Positions 50,762 through 61,400 are shown, counted from the first letter of the stretch. The stretch: 64,000 nucleotides of DNA from an uncultured Candidatus Saccharibacteria bacterium (GCA_964598205.1 CAZRBB010000004.1:2324-66323), one strand, 5' to 3'. A program made the numbers and translations. The notes: generated from the letters alone by a model not told the origin.

Positions 50762-51925
50762 TTACGGTGGGTTACTTGCAGAAGGTTGGAGGATTCCTTG
50801 GGCATCGCACCAATTGGGGTTTCTGTCCCAAAAATCACGGCAGTAGCAGGAATAAGAGTTGTTGCCTTTTAGGACGCCTTGATTAGCTTGGAGGGCTGGT
50901 TTTCCTTGTGGTCCCCAAACGCTAGCGGATACGGCACCAAAAAGGGCGGGAACATTTGCCATAGCAGCGCAAATATTACCGACCTTGCCTCCTCCTCCAC
51001 AACTATTATTGGAATATCCGGCGCCTGGATCGTAAAGCCGGTAACAAGGATGACAGAATTGTTTAGCAATAACATCTGGATGGTCCCAGTATTTTTGACT
51101 AACAGCAGTGGTGTTCTTCTCCATGCAATGACACATTGATCCTTTAACATTACTGGTGAGATTTCGATAAAGAGTCCAGCACCAATGGGCCCCTTGGCTT
51201 TCATCGGTTCCTGCCCCGTAAAGATTCGACTGGGCGTTGTCTAGGTCACTGTCGTAATAGGCACATTCATTGAGATCGGTATAGCAAGTGGCTGAGCATT
51301 CGGGCCATATTCCTAGCCAGCCACGAATACCACCATTTGGTCCGGTGTCGTCAACTAACCCTGGGCACTCTGCTTTAGGAAAAGTTTTGATGGTTCCGGC
51401 GGTGGCGAGTTTATTGCAAACAATAAATGGTTTAATCACGGAAGAGGTAGAGATGCTATTTACGGTGGCGCCAACCGCTCTGGTTTTAGTGCTGGCATCG
51501 GAAAAATTGTCAGCGATTATTTGCGATCCTTTGGTAAAAATAGCGGTGGCTAAAAGGGGACTGGCGCAGTCGTCGGTTAGGGTAGCCGTTGCTTGGGTTA
51601 GTTGTTTATAGATAAATGTTTCAGCTTGATAATAATCGCAGTAGTAATCTTTAATGTTTTTGGCAAACATTTTATAAAGAGCCGGTCCGGCGGTTGTTGT
51701 GCTACCGTTTTCTAGTGCTGCCTTTCTACCCCACAGAGCACATTCAGCGGCTTCGTCTGCCTTTTGGTAGGCGGTTTCCGAAGAGTCCAAGGATTTAGAG
51801 GTTTTCTTTTTAGAAATGGTTAATTGGCTAATTCCAATAATAGAAATAGTCATTAGGGTGGCAATAATCAAAGCCAAAATAATCATGGCGGCTCCTTTTT
51901 CTTTTTTATTCGTTTTGTTATTCAT
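50762..51925 (-). CDS. PilX-like minor pilin with Cys-rich C-terminal domain
   Basis: KEKG/AAMII motif, AYQKAD...ECA; 18 Cys. Confidence 0.75.
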   Translation of the reverse strand: MNNKTNKKEKGAAMIILALIIATLMTISIIGISQLTISKKKTSKSLDSSETAYQKADEAAECALWGRKAALENGSTTTAGPALYKMFAKNIKDYYCDYYQAETFIYKQLTQATATLTDDCASPLLATAIFTKGSQIIADNFSDASTKTRAVGATVNSISTSSVIKPFIVCNKLATAGTIKTFPKAECPGLVDDTGPNGGIRGWLGIWPECSATCYTDLNECAYYDSDLDNAQSNLYGAGTDESQGAHWCWTLYRNLTSNVKGSMCHCMEKNTTAVSQKYWDHPDVIAKQFCHPCYRLYDPGAGYSNNSCGGGGKVGNICAAMANVPALFGAVSASVWGPQGKPALQANQGVLKGNNSYSCYCRDFWDRNPNWCDAQGILQPSASNPP

Positions 51926-51950
51926 GTTTTGGGTATCTTTATGGGAAAAA

Positions 51951-52460
51951 TTAAGGAATTAAATTGTAGCTTCTTAGGGAAGTGGTCATTTGAAAAGGAA
52001 TGGTGATGTCTTCTGGGGAATCTTTAATAATAATATTAAAGACAATAGTTACTCGATTAAATCCGTCTACTCCCTCAGTATTTACTATTTTAAAATCCGA
52101 AATTTTAAAATTAGGGAAGTAAGATTCAATAGTTGCTTGGTTTAGAGTTATTAGGATTTCGCTATAGGTTTTTCCGTTTTCTTTGCGCCAGTTAAAAATA
52201 ATAGAGCTGGCAGGAACATTTGTAAGTTCGCTCATTCTAATTTGTTTGGAAATTTCCAGAACGGCTGCTTGAGCTTGAGCCTGAGCGGTTTGAATATTTT
52301 TTAACCGCAAAGAAGAAGTAGTAAGTGCGCGAGTAATCGAGGTTAAAGAAATAGCCACAAAAGAAAGAATAGCCACTACTACTAGCATTTCTATTAGGCT
52401 AAAGCCTTTTTGTTTTTCTTGTTTAATTTTTTGTTTTTTAGATTTCATTCGGGTCGCCAA
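51951..52460 (-). CDS. Minor pilin (PilW-like)
   Basis: QKG/FSLIEML. Confidence 0.85.
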   Translation of the reverse strand: MATRMKSKKQKIKQEKQKGFSLIEMLVVVAILSFVAISLTSITRALTTSSLRLKNIQTAQAQAQAAVLEISKQIRMSELTNVPASSIIFNWRKENGKTYSEILITLNQATIESYFPNFKISDFKIVNTEGVDGFNRVTIVFNIIIKDSPEDITIPFQMTTSLRSYNLIP

Positions 52461-53167
52461 TCATAAAGACATTTAGTAACTCTTACTCGGTGTAATGTTT
52501 TATTATTCTCTAACCATAGTAGATTATCATTAGCATTGCCTGGCCAGCTGTTTTCCCAAAACTCTGACCAGTAGACAGTGACTACCACTAGGGCACCACC
52601 TTGACCGTCTACTACTTCGCAGTTGTAGGTGATATCGAAAGCAGGAGAAGGGCTGACGCCATCTCTGTAAGTGGAAGTAAGGATTTGAATCTTGCGAATA
52701 AATTGGCGGGTGGCAGTGTTAATATTACATATCTGGTAATTTCCGGTTGCAGCAGCGCGACAAAGGCCGGCGCGATTATTATTAAAAGCGTAAGTACCAC
52801 TTCCTATATTGAAATTATTGACATAGGTACTGACGGTGTTATCTAAGGCGTAAGCATTTCTTGCTGGTGGGTTAGTGATGTGGTTAATTTGGTTAAATCC
52901 ATTCAAGGGAGTTACCGAATTTCTTAGACACCAGTTGTCTCCGGTGTCGCGGATGTTTCTAACCAGCTCTACGCCTTCTTGGGCTAAGGCGGCGGCAGTG
53001 ATTTCGTTTTTGGTAACAGAAGAAAGTCGTAAATTTCTAGTAATCAAAACAAGGCCAGTGGTTAGGGAAAGGCTAATAATGGCAATGGCTACCAAAAGTC
53101 CAACAATGGTAAACCCTTGATCTTGGGAATAGCTTTTGATTTTTTTGTGATTCGGTTTTAAGATCAT
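52445..53167 (-). CDS. Minor pilin (PilV-like)
   Basis: QG/FTIVGLL, LAQEGVELVRNIRD. Confidence 0.8.
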   Translation of the reverse strand: MILKPNHKKIKSYSQDQGFTIVGLLVAIAIISLSLTTGLVLITRNLRLSSVTKNEITAAALAQEGVELVRNIRDTGDNWCLRNSVTPLNGFNQINHITNPPARNAYALDNTVSTYVNNFNIGSGTYAFNNNRAGLCRAAATGNYQICNINTATRQFIRKIQILTSTYRDGVSPSPAFDITYNCEVVDGQGGALVVVTVYWSEFWENSWPGNANDNLLWLENNKTLHRVRVTKCLYDWRPE

Positions 53168-53215
53168 TGTTTTTGAGTTTTTTTGGTTTTATTTTTACCT
53201 AACAACTGCTTTTGT

Positions 53216-53713
53216 TTATTGAACATCGATAGAAGTAGTGGTTACATTGATGGTGAAAATGGTATTGGGATCGGCACAGGCATTGTCTCCACAGACTCTA
53301 ATGGCGCAAGGGGCGACACTACGGGTCATTTCGGCATGAGGAGGACTAAAATAGATAGTAGCGTTCTCTAAGAGGATTCCGTCTGTTGCAGGAATGGTTA
53401 CTGTTTTTAGGTTGATAACATTATTATTGGGATTGACTGAGCCAATCTTATAGGTGTTTCCTCCGGTTATAGAAAACACAAAACTCTCAGGAACAACGCT
53501 ACCAGGAGGGACATTTTCCCCGGTTAAGGCGTAATTGCGAGCTTGTTCAATCATATCTTTTATTTGCTGGGCTCTGATTTGAGCTCGTTTTACTCTTGTT
53601 GATTGCTGCCATTTGATTACTCCTCCTGTCACTAAAAGACCAATAATTACCACAACAACCAAGACTTCTATGATTGTAAAGCCATTCTTTGATTTTGTTT
53701 TTTGATTATTCAA
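53216..53713 (-). CDS. Minor pilin (FimT/GspH-like)
   Basis: KNG/FTIIEVL, QARNYA. Confidence 0.85.
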   Translation of the reverse strand: MNNQKTKSKNGFTIIEVLVVVVIIGLLVTGGVIKWQQSTRVKRAQIRAQQIKDMIEQARNYALTGENVPPGSVVPESFVFSITGGNTYKIGSVNPNNNVINLKTVTIPATDGILLENATIYFSPPHAEMTRSVAPCAIRVCGDNACADPNTIFTINVTTTSIDVQ

Positions 53714-53796
53714 TTTTGTTTGGAAAGCATTTTTTTATATGGTAATATCTTACTATGTTTTTAGGAAAAGTGAAAATTAAATAAAAATCAAAAATA

Positions 53797-54879
53797 ATGC
53801 TTTCTTCTTTGGGTAGTATAATCAATAGTTCCAAGAATAGTTCTATTGGAATTGATATTGGAACTTCTTCCATTAAAATAGTTCATTTAAGTGGCTCAAC
53901 AGAAAAAGTGGTTTTGGAAAATTTTGTAATTGCTAGGCTTAAAGAAGGCTTGATTCAAAATAGCAATCAGATTATTGCCGGAAAGCAAATTGCTCAAATT
54001 ATTAAAGTGGCAATGGAAAAGGGCGGTATTAAATCGGGAACTATTTCTTTTTCTATTCCTACTTTTTCTTCTTTTTCTTCTTTTATTACTCTTCCGCGAT
54101 CAGATGAAGAAAATTTGGCCAGCAAGGTAGAAATAGAGGCTCGGAAATATATTCCCGTTCCTCTTTCTGAAGTTTCTTTGGGTTGGGAAATAGTTCCCGA
54201 CAACTACAAGCCGCGCTCCATGGAAATAAAATCCCAAGAAAAAATAATAAAAATACTTTTAATGGCAGTTTCTAAGGACATTATTCAAAAATATGAAGCA
54301 ATTGCCAGGAGTGCCGGATTAAACTTGGGTTCCATGGAAGTAGAAACTTTTTCCTTGATTCGTTGCTTAATAGGTCAGGATAAAACGCCTTCCTTGATTA
54401 TAGACATTGGTTCTCGGGTTTCTAATTTAATGATTGTAACAGAAGGATTTTTGCGTGGCAGTAGCAGTATTGATGTTGGCGGAGGAGAGGTGACAGAGGC
54501 TGTTGCCAGGGGAATGGGAGTTGATTTTATTAGAGCAGAAGCCCTAAAAAAAGAATGGGGAGTAGATAATCCACAGGTGGCTGAATTAATAACCCCGGTG
54601 ATTTTAAGAATTGTTCAAGGAATTAAAAAAGCAATAGAATCTTACGAAAAAAATAATCCCAGCAAAAAGATGGAAAAAATAATCTTAATAGGAGGAACAT
54701 CTAAGATGAAGGGCTTTAAAGAGTATTTAAAAAAAGAATTGAATTTAAAAATAGAAGATGGCAATTCATTGAAATTGGTTTCTGTGGAAAAATTAGTAGA
54801 ACCATTGGTGCAAAAATTTAAAGATGAATTAGCAGTAGCAGTGGGGATTGCGCTTTCTGGAATGGAAAACTTGCAATAA
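53797..54879 (+). CDS. pilM: Pilus alignment protein PilM, cluster 2
   Basis: GIDIGTSSIK, EARKYIP, IDIG, GGTS, AVGIAL. Confidence 0.93.
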   Translation: MLSSLGSIINSSKNSSIGIDIGTSSIKIVHLSGSTEKVVLENFVIARLKEGLIQNSNQIIAGKQIAQIIKVAMEKGGIKSGTISFSIPTFSSFSSFITLPRSDEENLASKVEIEARKYIPVPLSEVSLGWEIVPDNYKPRSMEIKSQEKIIKILLMAVSKDIIQKYEAIARSAGLNLGSMEVETFSLIRCLIGQDKTPSLIIDIGSRVSNLMIVTEGFLRGSSSIDVGGGEVTEAVARGMGVDFIRAEALKKEWGVDNPQVAELITPVILRIVQGIKKAIESYEKNNPSKKMEKIILIGGTSKMKGFKEYLKKELNLKIEDGNSLKLVSVEKLVEPLVQKFKDELAVAVGIALSGMENLQ

Positions 54880-54935
54880 AAAGACAGTTCTTATATTATT
54901 CAGTTGTGAGAAGATTTTAGAAAACTAAAATAAAA

Positions 54936-55625
54936 ATGATTAATACTGGTGGCATAAATTTTGCCAAACAGACGGGGATTTATAAAGAAGAGCAAAAAAA
55001 AGAGTTATTTGCCAAGGGATTGGTAATCTCTGTTTTTGTGTTTCTTTTTTTGGGTTTAATTTCTGGCTGGACCTATCTTTCAAAGCAAAGTCAAGAAAAG
55101 AAAATGGTGGCTCTGAATGCTGACTTGGTAAAAGAGAGGCAAAGAGATTATGGGGAATTGGCTGAATTTATGACTGATTCTGTAAAGCTGGACTTTATTG
55201 GTGATTTTTCTTTGAAGCAAAAATTTTGGAGTGGGCTTCTTGGAGAGCTTGAAAAAGGAATTTTAGTTAACTCCTATTTAAAATCATTAAAAGGAACGAC
55301 TTCTTACAATATTAAAGGATTTCTTTCTCAGGCCGTAAGCGATCCGGTGATTGCCGGATCCGCTACTATTCCAACAGTGGGGGCTACAGGAGCTATTCAA
55401 GAAGTAGATAGTCTTGTTCTTACTGTAGTTGCTCCTACGCTGAATGATATTGCAAAACAGATAGTTTCTTTAGAAGAGTCTCCAGCAATAGCTGACCTAA
55501 CAGTTATTTCTCCTTCTTTGTCCGAAGAAGGAGTTTCTTTTGAATTAAAAATTGAGCTTGTGCCTGGAGCGTGGGAAAGATCGTTTTATGCTCAAAAAGA
55601 AAATAGCCTAAATCTTGAACAATGA
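54936..55625 (+). CDS. pilN: PilN-like protein
   Basis: GINF, TM, WS..L.EL; synteny. Confidence 0.7.
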   Translation: MINTGGINFAKQTGIYKEEQKKELFAKGLVISVFVFLFLGLISGWTYLSKQSQEKKMVALNADLVKERQRDYGELAEFMTDSVKLDFIGDFSLKQKFWSGLLGELEKGILVNSYLKSLKGTTSYNIKGFLSQAVSDPVIAGSATIPTVGATGAIQEVDSLVLTVVAPTLNDIAKQIVSLEESPAIADLTVISPSLSEEGVSFELKIELVPGAWERSFYAQKENSLNLEQ

Positions 55626-56386
55626 TTAAAGCCTTAGCCTTGCCACTTTCTATTATTGTTTCTGCAATTGTTTTTTTCTTTTTTCTTTCTCCTACATATA
55701 AAGAGACTAAACGGATTAAAGAAGTAGAAATTCCATTTTTAGAAGAAAAGATTAAAAAAGAACAAGAAATAACGAAGAATATTAATTCTCTGGGAGAAGA
55801 TTATGCCCTACATAAGGAAGAATTAAAGAGATTGAAATATATTTTACCAGAAAACAAGGATGTAAAGTCTCTTTTGGTCCAGATTGAGGCTCTGCTTTTA
55901 GGAAACGGAATGGCCTATAAGAAAATAGGGATAGAAGATGTTTCCAAGTCTGCTTCTGCCAACCAATTCGTGGCTTCGGGCGTAGTTCCTTTGGCTGGAA
56001 CTTTTTCTGCTCCTTCTCCAGAACCAATAAGTATTTCTTTGGAACTAAAAGGAACATACCTTAATTTTAAAAATTTTATTAAGGAGTTAGAAGTTTTGGA
56101 TCGGATTTGTAATGTAACCTTACTGACTATTGGAAATATTGAAGTTCTTGGTGAAGTTGCTGAAATAAAAGCTCCAAGTGAAGGTGTGTCTATTGCTAAC
56201 AATGTTGTTCCAGATAAGGAGCTTGATATTAAAGTGACTTTGGAGTTTTACAGTCAAAAGCCGATAGCTAAGGAAGAAATTGAACAGGCTTTTAGGTCGG
56301 CACAAGGAGGAGCTTCTAGTCCTGTTACGACTGGATCCGACGGATCAACTCTTTCTCCAGCTACTCCGCCTCCAGCTACCCCGTAA
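55622..56386 (+). CDS. pilO: PilO-like protein
   Basis: TM, LP, GTY..FK.F..ELE..DRI. Confidence 0.85.
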   Translation: MIKALALPLSIIVSAIVFFFFLSPTYKETKRIKEVEIPFLEEKIKKEQEITKNINSLGEDYALHKEELKRLKYILPENKDVKSLLVQIEALLLGNGMAYKKIGIEDVSKSASANQFVASGVVPLAGTFSAPSPEPISISLELKGTYLNFKNFIKELEVLDRICNVTLLTIGNIEVLGEVAEIKAPSEGVSIANNVVPDKELDIKVTLEFYSQKPIAKEEIEQAFRSAQGGASSPVTTGSDGSTLSPATPPPATP

Positions 56387-56425
56387 AGTTTCTATTTTTT
56401 TAATAAAAGTTATTTTTTAAAAAGT

Positions 56426-56773
56426 ATGTTTTCTAAAAAATCAAAATTTCTTCTTATTTTTTCTTTCCTAGCGTTGGTTGGTTCCTTTTATTTTTTTGCT
56501 TTCGATTTTTCTTGGGGAGCGGAAGAAGCTTCTCTGAGCGTTCCTCCAACAGCCGGAGATCCGCTAACTAGCAGTGATCCCTCTGCTCTTAATTCGGTTG
56601 CGGCTGACACTAATTCTTCGGCGTCTTCTAGCCTTAATGTTGGTGGACTTTTAATTCCTTCTACTTTGAATAAAAAAGGAATCGAATTCCTTACTCTATT
56701 AAAGGGCAAGGGAATTTTTCCGATAATATTAGATCCAGGTACGGTGGGTAAAGAGAACATTTTCAAAAAATGA
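56426..56773 (+). CDS. Small membrane-anchored pilus cluster protein
   Basis: N-terminal TM; C-terminal GKENIF. Confidence 0.6.
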   Translation: MFSKKSKFLLIFSFLALVGSFYFFAFDFSWGAEEASLSVPPTAGDPLTSSDPSALNSVAADTNSSASSSLNVGGLLIPSTLNKKGIEFLTLLKGKGIFPIILDPGTVGKENIFKK

Positions 56774-56788
56774 TAAGGTAGATTTTAT

Positions 56789-58465
56789 ATGGAAAATAAA
56801 GATCTTTTAAGAGAAGAAAAGGTTATTGATTTAATAGGAAAAGAAGTTCCTTATAAAGTTTTAAGTGTTTTGGCTAAGGAAGCGGCAGATAAATACCAAA
56901 TGCTTGTTTTTGAAAAAGGAGAGAAGGTTCTTAAGGTGGCCATGGTTGATCCTGAAAATGTGGAGGCATTAAATGCTCTTCGCTTTATTGCCAATAAGCT
57001 TGGTTCAGAAGTAGAAGTCTTTCGGGTTTCAGAGGATGGATTTGCTTCGGCTTTTGTTGGTTATGATAGGGCGGAGGTGATTGTTCAAAAGGCTCAAACG
57101 GACTACATTAAAAAAGAAAAAGAGATAGAGGCAGAAAAACAGCAACGAGAAAAGATTAAGGAAGATGTTAAAACTATTGGTTCGGCGCCGATTACTAAAA
57201 TTGTAGATGTAATTTTGCAACATGCAGTTTTGGGGGGAGCGAGCGATGTGCATATTGAACCTCAGGAAAACGAATTAAGAGTGCGCTATCGAGTAGATGG
57301 TGATTTATATGAAAGCTTTAAACTTTCACGGGATTTAACGGCGGCGCTGGTTTCGCGGGTTAAAATTATGTCTAATCTAAGAATTGACGAAAAAAGAAAA
57401 CCGCAAGATGGACGCTTGCAAATAGTAATGGAAGGGCGGAAAGATGTAATAGATGTGCGGGTTTCTAGTTTGCCAACGGCGGAAGGAGAAAAGGTAGTGA
57501 TGAGAATCTTAGAAAAGCAAACAGGATTGGATCAATTTAATAATTTAGGATTGATTGGTCGGAATCAAAGAATAATAGAGAAAGGATTAGACGAACCTTA
57601 TGGAATTATTTTAGTGACTGGTCCTACTGGTAGCGGTAAATCTACCACTATTTTTACTTGTTTGCGGAAGATAAATAAGTTGGACACGAATATTGTTACC
57701 TTGGAAGATCCAGTAGAATATAAGGTTCCTGGAGTGAATCATTGTCAAGTTAATCCGGAGATTGGATTTACCTTTGCTTCTGGTCTGCGGTCTATTTTGC
57801 GTCAAGATCCGGATGTGATTATGGTAGGGGAAATTAGAGATAAGGAGACGGCGGAACTAGCGGTTCATGCTGCCCTGACCGGTCATTTAGTTCTTTCTAC
57901 ATTACATACTAACGACGCTTTAGGTGCAATTCCTCGCATGGTGGACATGGGGATTGAACCATTTCTGCTTTCTTCTAGCCTACGAGTGACTGTTGCCCAA
58001 CGATTGGTGCGACGAGTTTGTAATAATTGTAAAAAAGAAGTTAAGCCGTCGGATCGAATAAAACAGTATGTTCTAAATAGTTTAAAACTAGTCCCCCAAG
58101 AAGAGATAAAAGAACGACTGCCTAATTTTGATCCAGATAATTTTTTTGTTTGGCAGGGCATAGGATGTTCTAAATGCAAAAATACAGGAACCAAAGGAAG
58201 AATTGCGATTTATGAAGTAGTGGAATGCGGAACGGAAATGAGAAGGGTGATAGACGACAGCCTAAATGCGTCTTCTTTGGTTAATGAATTTAAAAGACAA
58301 GGAGCTACCTTAATGAGAGAAGATGGGGTTATGAAAGCATTAAATGGAGAAACAACGGTTGAAGCAGTAGAAGAGGCGACCACAGAAGACGATATTAACA
58401 AAGAAGAAGAAGTTGCCGATGAAGAAAAAAGTGTAGAAAAAGTAATGGTGGAAAACGAAACTTAA
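56789..58465 (+). CDS. pilB: Type IV pilus assembly ATPase, cluster 2
   Basis: ASDVHIEP, GPTGSGKST, LRQDPD, CNNC/CSKC. Confidence 0.95.
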   Translation: MENKDLLREEKVIDLIGKEVPYKVLSVLAKEAADKYQMLVFEKGEKVLKVAMVDPENVEALNALRFIANKLGSEVEVFRVSEDGFASAFVGYDRAEVIVQKAQTDYIKKEKEIEAEKQQREKIKEDVKTIGSAPITKIVDVILQHAVLGGASDVHIEPQENELRVRYRVDGDLYESFKLSRDLTAALVSRVKIMSNLRIDEKRKPQDGRLQIVMEGRKDVIDVRVSSLPTAEGEKVVMRILEKQTGLDQFNNLGLIGRNQRIIEKGLDEPYGIILVTGPTGSGKSTTIFTCLRKINKLDTNIVTLEDPVEYKVPGVNHCQVNPEIGFTFASGLRSILRQDPDVIMVGEIRDKETAELAVHAALTGHLVLSTLHTNDALGAIPRMVDMGIEPFLLSSSLRVTVAQRLVRRVCNNCKKEVKPSDRIKQYVLNSLKLVPQEEIKERLPNFDPDNFFVWQGIGCSKCKNTGTKGRIAIYEVVECGTEMRRVIDDSLNASSLVNEFKRQGATLMREDGVMKALNGETTVEAVEEATTEDDINKEEEVADEEKSVEKVMVENET

Positions 58466-58477
58466 ATTAAACTTAAA

Positions 58478-58885
58478 ATGCCAATAGAATTAAAAAGAAA
58501 AATCAAGAAGAAAATTTTAATAGTAGAAGATGATCCTTTTATTTCTGATATTTACTCTACCAGTTTAACTGGTCAGGGATTTGAAACGGAATTAGCTTTT
58601 AATGGCGAAGAGGCTTTAGAAAAGCTTAGGAAACAAAAATTTGACTTGATGATTTTGGATGTTCTAATGCCTAAAAAAGATGGCTTTGCTGTTTTAAAAG
58701 AAATACGGTTAAACCCTAGTCTAAAAGTTCCAGTTTTAATGCTGAGCAACCTAAATGGAGAAGAATGTGTTAAGATGGGAATGGAATTAGGGGCGGAGGA
58801 TTTTGTGGTGAAGACTCATTTTACTCCCCAAGAAGTTGTACAAAAAATAAAAGAAATAATAGAAACTAAAGGGTTAAACAATTAA
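58478..58885 (+). CDS. Single-domain response regulator (receiver)
   Basis: VEDD, LDVLMP..DG, LSN, K. Confidence 0.92.
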   Translation: MPIELKRKIKKKILIVEDDPFISDIYSTSLTGQGFETELAFNGEEALEKLRKQKFDLMILDVLMPKKDGFAVLKEIRLNPSLKVPVLMLSNLNGEECVKMGMELGAEDFVVKTHFTPQEVVQKIKEIIETKGLNN

Positions 58886-58894
58886 TTTTTTAAA

Positions 58895-59965
58895 ATGAGC
58901 GTTCAAAGTCGCGGGAAAATGCAAAATCTTTTAGAATCGGTGGTTCAGCAGGGAGCTTCTGATCTTCATTTATCTATAGGTAAGCCACCTATTCTTCGAA
59001 TTGATGGAGCGCTAGTTCCTCTTTCAGATAAAAATACTCTTAATGAAAAAGAAGTCACAGAGCTGATTACTTCGGCAATGACAGAAAGTCAAAAGGCGCG
59101 ATTACAAAACGATTTAAGCATAGACTTTTCTTTTAGTTTGGCGGGTAAGGCGCGATTTCGGGCTAATGTTTTTTACCAGTTGGGAGTTTTGAGTGGTGCT
59201 TACCGTTTAATAGATTCCAGAATAAGAACGATCGACGAGCTGGGTTTACCGCCGATTATTCACGAGTTTGGTAAGCTAAAACAAGGACTGGTGCTGTTTG
59301 TGGGGCCAACTGGTCACGGTAAATCAACTTCTATGGCGGCCCTGATCGATGAAATAAATCATAATCGCACGGAGCATATAGTAACCATAGAAGATCCAAT
59401 AGAATATGTTTATCAGCAAGATTTATGCGTTGTTAATCAAAGAGAGGTTGGTCACGATGTGCTTTCTTTTGAAAGTGGCTTACGATCGGCGTTCCGAGAA
59501 GATATTGATGTGATTCTTTTGGGAGAAATGCGAGATTTGGAAACCATTAGCACGGCGATTACGGCGGCAGAAACAGGACATCTTATTTTTTCTACACTGC
59601 ATACTAACGATTCTTGGCAAACAATAGACCGGATTATAGATGTTTTTCCTGGGAATCAGCAAAATCAAATTCGATCACAGTTGGCGAGCGTTCTAGAAGG
59701 TATTGTTTCTCAAAGATTAATTTCTAAAACTGGTGGTGGGCGGGTTCCGGCAGTGGAGGTGCTTTTAAGAAACGACGCAGTAGAAAATCTGATTCGCGAA
59801 GGGCAAACTCACCAAATTACTAATGTTTTAGAAACAAGCACCGAACAGGGAATGCAATCTATTAATCGTTCCTTGGCGGAATTGGTGCAAAAAGGAGAAA
59901 TAAGCATTGACGATGCCGAATCTTATGCTTCCGATAGAGATATTTTTCATATGTTGATTAAATAA
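58895..59965 (+). CDS. pilT: Pilus retraction ATPase
   Basis: GASDLH, GPTGHGKST, EDPIE, GEMRD, STLHT, NLIRE. Confidence 0.96.
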   Translation: MSVQSRGKMQNLLESVVQQGASDLHLSIGKPPILRIDGALVPLSDKNTLNEKEVTELITSAMTESQKARLQNDLSIDFSFSLAGKARFRANVFYQLGVLSGAYRLIDSRIRTIDELGLPPIIHEFGKLKQGLVLFVGPTGHGKSTSMAALIDEINHNRTEHIVTIEDPIEYVYQQDLCVVNQREVGHDVLSFESGLRSAFREDIDVILLGEMRDLETISTAITAAETGHLIFSTLHTNDSWQTIDRIIDVFPGNQQNQIRSQLASVLEGIVSQRLISKTGGGRVPAVEVLLRNDAVENLIREGQTHQITNVLETSTEQGMQSINRSLAELVQKGEISIDDAESYASDRDIFHMLIK

Positions 59966-59996
59966 AAGATTTATAGGGGTAAGTCTTAAAATAAAT

Positions 59997-61208
59997 ATGG
60001 ATTTTAAATACAAGGCAAAAAATTTACAAGGAGGTGTGCAGACTGGAGTGGTAAAGGCGGCTGATCAAACTGCCGCCATGGATGTTTTGGCAAAAAACAA
60101 TCTGGATGTTTTTATGATAGAGCCGGTTCGCTTGATTGGTGGAATTTCTTTGATTTTATCTAATTTTTTCAATAGGATTTCTCCTAAGGATTTGGTTATT
60201 TTTTCTAGACAACTTTCTGTGCTTATTAAATCTAATGTGTCGGTGATCAAGTCTCTAAAGATTATTTCCGAACAAACAGAAAGTGGTGGTATGAAAAATG
60301 TTTGCGTGCAAATGGCTACGGCGGTAGAAGAAGGTAAATCGCTAGCAGATGCGGTGGCGCTTTTCCCAAAGCAGTTTGATAATTTTTTTGCAAGTGTTAT
60401 TCGGAGTGGGGAAACTTCTGGGAATTTAGAGCATTCGCTAATTTATTTGGCTGACCATGTGGAGCGAGCTTACGAACTAAAAAGAAAAATCAAAGGAGCA
60501 ATGATGTATCCAGTGGCTATTTTGACGGCTTTTTGCGGAATTTTCTTTTTTTTAATGGTAAAGGTTTTGCCACAGTTAACAGACATTTTGACTGAATCTG
60601 GGGTTGCGTTGCCTTGGACTACTAAGTTGATTATTTGGTTGTCTGACTTTATGAAGGCTCACTGGGTAATTACCCTTGCCATGATTCTTATAACAATAGG
60701 TACATTCTTTTATTACAGTCGAACAAAGGCTGGGAAAAAGCAGTTCGACACTTTAATCTTTAGAATACCGGTTATTGGAACTGTAATTCGGTTTGCGTAT
60801 ATTGCACGGTTTGCTGAGAATTTACGGGTGCTTTTAACGGAGGGTATTTCTCTTGTAAAGGCACTAGATATTATGGCGGCTGTAATGGATAATGAGGTTT
60901 ATCGGATTCTGTTATTGCGGATTATGAAAAATGTGGAGAAGGGAAAGAGCATGACAGAGGCGATGCTGGAAGATGAACAGGCCTTTCCTAGAATGGTTTC
61001 GCAAATGATTAAGATTGGAGAAGATTCAGGAAGAACAACGGAAATTTTAGAAAATATTGAAAATTTTTACACCAAGGAAGTAAACAATATGACAGAAAAC
61101 ATGACTACTTTAATTGAACCGCTTTTAATTGTTATATTGGGATTAGGTACTGGTATTTTGGTGGTTGCAATTATTATGCCGATATATGACATGGCGGGAG
61201 CAATGTAG
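59997..61208 (+). CDS. pilC: Type IV pilus platform protein
   Basis: FSRQL, GETSG, AMMYP, LIEP. Confidence 0.93.
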   Translation: MDFKYKAKNLQGGVQTGVVKAADQTAAMDVLAKNNLDVFMIEPVRLIGGISLILSNFFNRISPKDLVIFSRQLSVLIKSNVSVIKSLKIISEQTESGGMKNVCVQMATAVEEGKSLADAVALFPKQFDNFFASVIRSGETSGNLEHSLIYLADHVERAYELKRKIKGAMMYPVAILTAFCGIFFFLMVKVLPQLTDILTESGVALPWTTKLIIWLSDFMKAHWVITLAMILITIGTFFYYSRTKAGKKQFDTLIFRIPVIGTVIRFAYIARFAENLRVLLTEGISLVKALDIMAAVMDNEVYRILLLRIMKNVEKGKSMTEAMLEDEQAFPRMVSQMIKIGEDSGRTTEILENIENFYTKEVNNMTENMTTLIEPLLIVILGLGTGILVVAIIMPIYDMAGAM

Positions 61209-61212
61209 TATG

Positions 61213-61400
61213 ATAAAGGTCACGGTTAAATGGGTGAATGGATTTTTCGATTGGCGCATTTCATCGTTAAAACCTCCGTCGCTTGCTCTGCGTAACGCCA
61301 TTACGCTTCGCTCGCTTACTCGGTTTTGCCTCGAACTGCATTAAAAATAAAGGTCACGGTTAAATGGGTGAATGGATTTTTCGATTGGCGTATTTCTTCG
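61213..61400. repeat. 54-bp direct repeat (61213-61266, 61347-61400) enclosing family B copy 3 (about 61253-61340)
   Basis: ataaaggtcacggttaaatgggtgaatggatttttcgattggcg(c/t)atttc(a/t)tcg occurs twice. Confidence 0.92.
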
